64,000 nt of DNA from assembly GCA_021648745.1 (NCBI GenBank), contig JAKISE010000001.1:10716-74715 (forward strand), given 5' to 3'. The stretch is from Cyclobacteriaceae bacterium. GTDB taxonomy: Bacteria > Bacteroidota > Bacteroidia > Cytophagales > Cyclobacteriaceae. Shown here piece by piece: positions 58,577-64,000 of the stretch. The notes under the pieces are model-generated. The model was not told the DNA's origin and made no database searches. It saw only the letters and a program-made list of their open reading frames with translations. The position numbers and the translations under genes are program-made. The stretch's first letter is position 1. Each line of letters starts with the position of its first letter.

Positions 58577-58612
58577 ATTTTCTGGCAGCTATTCCTTATC
58601 CCGAACTCAGGT
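58577..58612 (-). mobile_element. MITE-1 subfamily B remnant (36 nt of the left end only)
   Basis: The reverse complement, ACCTGAGTTCGGGATAAGGAATAGCTGCCAGAAAAT, is identical to 30624-30659. Similarity stops abruptly. Confidence 0.7.
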
Positions 58613-58979
58613 TTAAAGGAGTTTCTAACAGGCCTCCTGTTCTTTGTTCCTTCTTGTTAAAGGTTTGGCTGTAGCCATTAAACAGATGTGCAAATTGGCT
58701 ACTTATCCATTTTGGAATTGACACAACCCTCTTGCCAGGATATTTCAACTGAACACTGTTGAGAATTTCATTTTCTGATTTTACATTAATGAAAAAATGA
58801 AAATGGTTGCCCATTAAACAGTAAGCAAAGGTGTTAACGATTGGGGTTACATGCTGTATATATTTTAACAAAAAAAGTTGATAATCAGTTGGAATTTTAA
58901 ATATTACTTCGCCATTTATACCTCTGTTATATATATGATAATAACAATCTGGCATAAGTGGTTTTGTATTGGCTTTCAT
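58596..58979 (-). pseudogene. Second RAYT (Y1 HUH transposase) paralogue, C-terminally truncated by the MITE-1B remnant
   Basis: YHIYNRGINGEVIF...LMGNHFHFFINV (HUH) and FAHLFNGYSQTFN. The ORF runs into the MITE TIR (…ETPLNLSSG*) at the position equivalent to RPFK in the first RAYT. The YIHxNP Tyr motif is missing. Confidence 0.75.
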
Positions 58980-59077
58980 ATATAGTTGTTAATGGTCAAT
59001 GACATTAATGGAAAATGAAACAAACTATAATAATTCCCAACAATCAAAACCTTTTTTTGGTTCGATTATTTACTCCA

Positions 59078-59250
59078 TTAAACCCGAATTATGCGATAGG
59101 GTTCGTGATGAGGCTTTAAGTCACAATAAATCAGGCAGTTTGGATTCGAAAGCATAGCACCGCTATGGTGAGAACACAAACAAAGCAAAGCGACTGATTT
59201 GAAGTGAGTTAAAGGCTTAATAGAAATTCTATTGCATATTTCGGGTTTAA
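59078..59250 (-). mobile_element. MITE-2, copy 2 (173 bp, inverted relative to copy 1)
   Basis: TIRs TTAAACCCGAATTATGCGATAGG / TAGAAATTCTATTGCATATTTCGGGTTTAA. Central CATAGCACCGCTATG hairpin shared with 29121-29294. Confidence 0.7.
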
Positions 59251-59292
59251 TTACGTTCTTTAAGGTCTACAACCGTTAAAGACGAATAAAAC

Positions 59293-61416
59293 CTATTCTT
59301 TTATTTCAGCTAAATCCAATATAAAAGCATATTCTAGGGCAGTGGTTTTATACCTCTTAAAACGACCAGATGCGCCACCATGACCAGCCTCCATATTTGT
59401 ATGAAGGAGCAATATATTATTATCTGTTTTTAGCTCTCGTAGCTTGGCCACCCATTTGGCAGGCTCAAAATACTGAACTTGCGAATCGTGCAACCCAGTA
59501 GTTACCAGCATATTTGGATAATCCTTGGCCTTTACATTGTCATAGGGTGAATAGCTCAGAATATACTCATAAGCCTCTTTATCGTTCGGGTTACCCCATT
59601 CATCATACTCTCCTGTAGTTAACGGAATGGTTTCATCCATCATAGTAGTAACAACATCTACAAATGGTACAGCAGCAACAATACCTCTATACAATTCAGG
59701 CTCATAATTAATAATGGCTCCCATTAATAGACCACCAGCACTTCCTCCCATGGCAAAAAGTTCATCTTTGGCTGTATAGCCTTCAGCTACCAAGTGTTTT
59801 GCACAATCGTTAAAGTCGAAAAAGGTATTTTTCTTATTAAACATTTTCCCATCTTCATACCATTGTCGGCCCATCATTTGCCCACCACGAATATGGGCAA
59901 TAGCATACACAAACCCTCGGTCCAGCAAACTCAACCTTACTGAGCTGAAATATGGGTCAACCGTTGAGCCGTATGATCCATAGGCATAAAGTAAAGTTGG
60001 GTTGGTCCCATCTTTCTTAAATCCTTTTCGATACACTAAACTCATTGGCACTTTTGCACCATCTCGTGCTGTGGCAAAAATTCGTTTAGTTACATAATTG
60101 GCAGGGTCAAAATCGCCAACTACCTCTTGCTGCTTTTTGAGCTCCCGCTCCTTAGTATCCATTTGGTAATCAAATGTGGAGCCCGGGGTAGTCATAGATT
60201 GATAACTAAACCGTAATGTGTTTGTGTTATACTCACGGTTGCCAGTGATGTACGCCATATAGGCTTGTTCATCAAAGGCAATATAATGGTCCTCGTTATT
60301 GGCAAGATTTCTAACTCTAATTTGATTTAGACCATTGGTGCGCTCTTCAACTACTAAGTAATTTTTAAAGGCTGTAACGCCTTCTAATAAGGTCTTAGGG
60401 TTGTGCGCAATTACCACTTGCCAATTGCTAGCTTCTGTTTGGGTATCGGGGGTAGCCATTAATTTAAAGTTGGTAGCGCCATCTTTATTAGTTGTGATAA
60501 AGAATTGATTATCGTGATGCTCGATATTATACTCATGTCCTCTTACACGTGGTGTAAACTGACGAAACTCTCCCCAGGGATCATCGGCATTTAATATTCT
60601 ATAGTCTGATGTAAGCGTAGCTCCAGACCAAAGAATTAGAAATTTGCCAGAAAGAGACTTGTAAATTCCAGTATAAAAAGTATCATCTTCCTCAAAATAG
60701 ATTTCTTCTTTGCTGCTGGGTTGGCCTATTTTATAACGATACACCCTATCACTCCTTAACGTATTTTCATCTTTGGTAGTAAAAAATATGGTTTCATTAT
60801 CATTAGCCCAAGAAGCCCCACCAGTAGTTGTTGGAATAGTTTCTTCGGAAACTTCACCTGTGGCTAAATTTTTAAAATAGAGCGTGTATTTTCTTCTACT
60901 TACCGTATCAACTCCATACACCAACATGGTGTTATTGGAGCTTACACTTAACCCTCCAATGGCAAAGTACTCATGACCTTCGGCCATTTTGTTCCCATCA
61001 AGCATGATCTGCTCTTCATTATCAAGGCTGTCTTTTTTACGACAGTATAATGGGTACTCCCCTCCTTTTATAAATTTGGTGTAATACCAATAACCATTTT
61101 TAAAGTATGGTACTGAGGAATCGTCCTTTTTAATACGGCCAACAATTTCATTATAAAGCTTTTCTTGTAGCCCATTTGTATGCTCCATTACCTTATCTAG
61201 ATAGGTGTTTTCTGCATTTAAATAATCTAGTACAGCTGTATCCTCTCGCTGGTTTAACCAATAATAATTATCTACACGCTTATTACCGTGCTCATTAAAT
61301 ATTTTTTCATGTTTGGCAACCGTTGGAGGAGCCAGAACTTGTTTGTTTTCTTTATCCATAGTACACTGAAATGCCGAAAAGGCTAGAAGAATTAAAATTA
61401 TAGAGTTGAGTTTCAT
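59293..61416 (-). CDS. ptrB: Oligopeptidase B (protease II, S9A)
   Basis: RVDNYYWLNQRED N-terminal motif. GGSAGGLLMGA nucleophile elbow. Start trimmed to the signal peptide MKLNSIILILL. Confidence 0.8.
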   Translation of the reverse strand: MKLNSIILILLAFSAFQCTMDKENKQVLAPPTVAKHEKIFNEHGNKRVDNYYWLNQREDTAVLDYLNAENTYLDKVMEHTNGLQEKLYNEIVGRIKKDDSSVPYFKNGYWYYTKFIKGGEYPLYCRKKDSLDNEEQIMLDGNKMAEGHEYFAIGGLSVSSNNTMLVYGVDTVSRRKYTLYFKNLATGEVSEETIPTTTGGASWANDNETIFFTTKDENTLRSDRVYRYKIGQPSSKEEIYFEEDDTFYTGIYKSLSGKFLILWSGATLTSDYRILNADDPWGEFRQFTPRVRGHEYNIEHHDNQFFITTNKDGATNFKLMATPDTQTEASNWQVVIAHNPKTLLEGVTAFKNYLVVEERTNGLNQIRVRNLANNEDHYIAFDEQAYMAYITGNREYNTNTLRFSYQSMTTPGSTFDYQMDTKERELKKQQEVVGDFDPANYVTKRIFATARDGAKVPMSLVYRKGFKKDGTNPTLLYAYGSYGSTVDPYFSSVRLSLLDRGFVYAIAHIRGGQMMGRQWYEDGKMFNKKNTFFDFNDCAKHLVAEGYTAKDELFAMGGSAGGLLMGAIINYEPELYRGIVAAVPFVDVVTTMMDETIPLTTGEYDEWGNPNDKEAYEYILSYSPYDNVKAKDYPNMLVTTGLHDSQVQYFEPAKWVAKLRELKTDNNILLLHTNMEAGHGGASGRFKRYKTTALEYAFILDLAEIKE

Positions 61417-61470
61417 AATGGTTTGTGCTGGTTCAAACCACAAGTTAAGGATTAACTATTTGGCACGCAA

Positions 61471-63300
61471 TTATTTAATGTTTTGCATATCTTGTAAGGA
61501 TTTATACTTCCCTCCTTTTTGCATTAAGTAAACATGACTCCCCCTTTCAATGATTTCTCCCCGCTCGATTACCAATATCTCATCGGCATGTTGAATGGTG
61601 CTTAACCGGTGTGCAATTACTAGAGAAGTTCTATTACTCATAAGGTTTGTTATTGCTTCTTGTACCTGTCTTTCAGAATGAGAATCCAAGGCGGAGGTCG
61701 CCTCATCTAATATTAAAATATCTGGGTTTTTCATTACGGCTCTGGCAATGCTTAATCGCTGTCGTTGCCCACCAGAGAGCTTGGCTCCATCTTCACCAAT
61801 TACAGTTTGATACCCACTAGGTGTGTTTAGTATAAACTCATGAGCGTTGGCAATTTTTGCTGCTTTAACCACTTCTTCTTCCGATGGGTTTTCAATACCA
61901 AAAGCAATATTACTGAGAATAGTATCATTAAATAAGATAGATTCTTGCGTTACAATGCCCATTTTTTTACGGATAGAGTTGAGGGTGCACTTTCTTAGAT
62001 CGTTTCCATCAATCGTAATTTCTCCTTCGGTTGGGTCATAAAAACGAGGAACCAAATCTGCAATCGTTGATTTCCCTCCACCAGACATGCCTACCAGTGC
62101 TATGGTTTTACCTTTTTCCAGTTCAAAAGAGATATTCTTAAGTACATACTCATCTTCGTATTTAAACGACACGTTTTTAAAAGAAATGCCAGATTTAAAC
62201 TCCTCCACAACTTTCCCTTCTTCGTTTTCTGTAATTAATGGTTTGGTATCCGTAATTTCAAAAATTCTATCTGCACTTGCCAAACCTCGTTGAATAGAAC
62301 TTAATGAGTTAGAAATAGCTTTTGCTGGTTGCAACACACGTGCAAACAGCAAAATAAAGGTCATAAAACCTGTACCAGTTAATACAGCATTATCACTAAG
62401 TACCATTGAGCCACCAATAATTAGTAGCCCAGCAACTATCATTATGCCCATAAATTCAGAAATTGGGCTAGCCAAGTCGAACTTTTTAGCCATAGAAATG
62501 CTCAATCGAGAATAATTGGCAACTTCTTTTTTAAATTTTTGAGTAATGTAGCCTCTGGCTGTAAATGCCTTAATTAAGCGAATACCACTGATGGCCTCTT
62601 CTACATGATAAGAGATATTACCCATGGAGCTTTGCGTTCGAGCCGCACTTTTCTTCAATCGTTTAGCAATAGCAGCAATTAACCCTCCTGATAGAGGTAA
62701 GAGAATTAATGTATATAGCATTAAACTTGGCGAAATCACATAGAGTGCTACAAAATAGAATATTAGCTGAATGGGCTCCAACAGTACAATTTTTAGTGAG
62801 TCTTGAACAGTGTGTTCTACTTGTTGCACATCATTAGTAATGCGCGACATAATATCGCCTTTTCGCTCATTGGTGAAGTACCCGATGTCTAACCCAGTTA
62901 CTTTATCAAACACATCAATTCTTATTCCTTGAATAACTCTGGTTCTTATTATTGCTAAGAGCACGGTAGTTATATACCTAAAAATATTGGAGAAAAAGGC
63001 AGCAACAACAAGGGCTAGCCCTACAAATTTGAGCACCCCCATTTTCCCGTGTTCAACCATTATTTGATAAGAGTAATAGTCGAATAAATCAATGAAATAG
63101 GTTACATCTAAAGAAAATGCTGGCTTGCTTAAAACCGCATCTACCACACTGCCTTCTTGGAACAAGACCTCAAACATTGGTGCCATTAAGGCAATATTAA
63201 ATACACTAAATAAAGAGTATAAAAGTACAGATATTACATATTGTGGTATGTACCATCCGAGGCCTTTGGCGTATGAAATAATTCTAAGGTATGTATTCAT
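61471..63300 (-). CDS. ABC transporter, fused permease/ATPase (MsbA-like exporter)
   Basis: 6-TM domain. Walker A GMSGGGKST, signature LSGGQRQRLSIARA, Walker B ILILDEATSALD. Confidence 0.85.
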   Translation of the reverse strand: MNTYLRIISYAKGLGWYIPQYVISVLLYSLFSVFNIALMAPMFEVLFQEGSVVDAVLSKPAFSLDVTYFIDLFDYYSYQIMVEHGKMGVLKFVGLALVVAAFFSNIFRYITTVLLAIIRTRVIQGIRIDVFDKVTGLDIGYFTNERKGDIMSRITNDVQQVEHTVQDSLKIVLLEPIQLIFYFVALYVISPSLMLYTLILLPLSGGLIAAIAKRLKKSAARTQSSMGNISYHVEEAISGIRLIKAFTARGYITQKFKKEVANYSRLSISMAKKFDLASPISEFMGIMIVAGLLIIGGSMVLSDNAVLTGTGFMTFILLFARVLQPAKAISNSLSSIQRGLASADRIFEITDTKPLITENEEGKVVEEFKSGISFKNVSFKYEDEYVLKNISFELEKGKTIALVGMSGGGKSTIADLVPRFYDPTEGEITIDGNDLRKCTLNSIRKKMGIVTQESILFNDTILSNIAFGIENPSEEEVVKAAKIANAHEFILNTPSGYQTVIGEDGAKLSGGQRQRLSIARAVMKNPDILILDEATSALDSHSERQVQEAITNLMSNRTSLVIAHRLSTIQHADEILVIERGEIIERGSHVYLMQKGGKYKSLQDMQNIK

Positions 63301-63368
63301 TCAAAAAATTAAAAAACAAAACTACCATGATTTATCAAATCCATCTATTTTGAGTGTGCCCAAATTCG

Positions 63369-63422
63369 TTCACAAAGAAATCATGTCTATTCACAAAGAA
63401 ATTATGTTCGTTCACAAAAACC
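63369..63422. repeat. 21-bp tandem direct repeat (2.6 units) in a divergent promoter region
   Basis: ttcacaaagaaatcatgtcta / ttcacaaagaaattatgttcg / ttcacaaaaacc. Confidence 0.7.
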
Positions 63423-63480
63423 GCCTTGTAACCAATTATAAAAAATGATACCATTGAGCCGTATAACTAAATAAATAATT

Positions 63481-64000
63481 ATGACAAAAAAAATTACAAA
63501 AACTATAATGATGTTTACCGTGCTTGCCGTAGTGTTCGCTAGTTGTAAAAAGACAGAAGAGGAGCCAGCGGCTAAAACAAATTTTGTAACTATTGGAGGA
63601 ACAGAATACACTCTTAGCCAAGCAATATCATTTGAAAACGGGCCAAAGGACGATGCCTTTGAATTCGAGCTAGTGATAGCTAGCTCAGGTGTAGATTTTT
63701 CTGACATTACCAATATTGGCATTGCAGGAAAAGGCGAACTTGTATATTTTAATATGTTATCGGCATCATCAGATGGAATTGTTGCTGGTACTTATGTGTT
63801 TAGTAATGATGTTCTTAGAAAGCCCAACACGTATAATGAAATGTTTGTAGGTGTAAACTACGAAAATCAGCCCAACACAGGCGATGAAACGTATTTTGTT
63901 GGCTCTGGAGATGTAATTGTAAAAGTGGATGGTGACACCTACACCATTGACTTTGATCTAACAATTGGACCTGACAAAATAGTAATGAAAGGTAGTTACA
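63481..64000 (+). CDS. Lipoprotein, hypothetical (partial; runs off the window end, not in the ORF track)
   Basis: Own translation: MTKKITKTIMMFTVLAVVFASCKKTEEEP... (lipobox FASC). Open frame to the last base. Confidence 0.55.
   Translation, partial: MTKKITKTIMMFTVLAVVFASCKKTEEEPAAKTNFVTIGGTEYTLSQAISFENGPKDDAFEFELVIASSGVDFSDITNIGIAGKGELVYFNMLSASSDGIVAGTYVFSNDVLRKPNTYNEMFVGVNYENQPNTGDETYFVGSGDVIVKVDGDTYTIDFDLTIGPDKIVMKGSY

Noticed and set aside
30886-58577. The 27.7-kb segment bounded by inverted MITE-1B sequences as an invertible or recently inverted segment.
   Set aside because: The right-hand copy is only a 36-nt remnant. Homologous inversion would leave two complete copies. The gene content inside is ordinary and there is no recombinase.
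63369-63422. Possible mini CRISPR array.
   Set aside because: The repeats are directly adjacent 21-mers with no spacers, and they are far from the cas genes. More consistent with regulatory iterons.

Overview
AT-rich chromosomal segment that looks like Bacteroidota, Flavobacteriia-type. Support: a T9SS C-terminal sorting domain, a TTG-N19-TAnnTTTG promoter in front of rpmH, and many exported peptidases. The only clearly accessory region is the first ~6.2 kb, a type II-C CRISPR-Cas operon: cas9 113-3517, cas1 4643-5533, cas2 5530-5871. The Cas9 RuvC and HNH motifs look intact. Two things are unusual. (i) There is no CRISPR array inside the window. Only one GTTGTG... repeat-like unit follows cas2 (6061-6111), and its imperfect complement is cut by the window start, so the two may be a crRNA-repeat / tracrRNA anti-repeat pair. 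(ii) The 1.1-kb gap between cas9 and cas1 holds a REP-associated tyrosine transposase gene (RAYT, HUH/Y1) flanked by REP-like palindromes. That gene is broken by a 165-bp MITE, and precise excision of the MITE would restore the ORF. This MITE family has ~30-bp TIRs and 5-bp TSDs, with 4 copies plus 1 remnant in the window. A second ~174-bp MITE family has 2 copies. Together they land repeatedly in REP hairpins, in RAYT genes and on or next to stop codons. One subfamily carries a consensus Bacteroidetes promoter pointing at cas1. The rest of the window is housekeeping and envelope genes: two tandem M1 peptidases, an M16 pair, S41, two S9 peptidases, rpmH-rnpA, tsaB, an AddAB-like helicase-nuclease, BCCT and CaCA transporters, and an MsbA-like exporter. 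There is also a translationally coupled, exported TPR-CHAT / TolB-OmpA / 707-aa operon. I saw no rRNA or tRNA genes. All calls rest on reading the sequence and on motif recognition; no searches were run.
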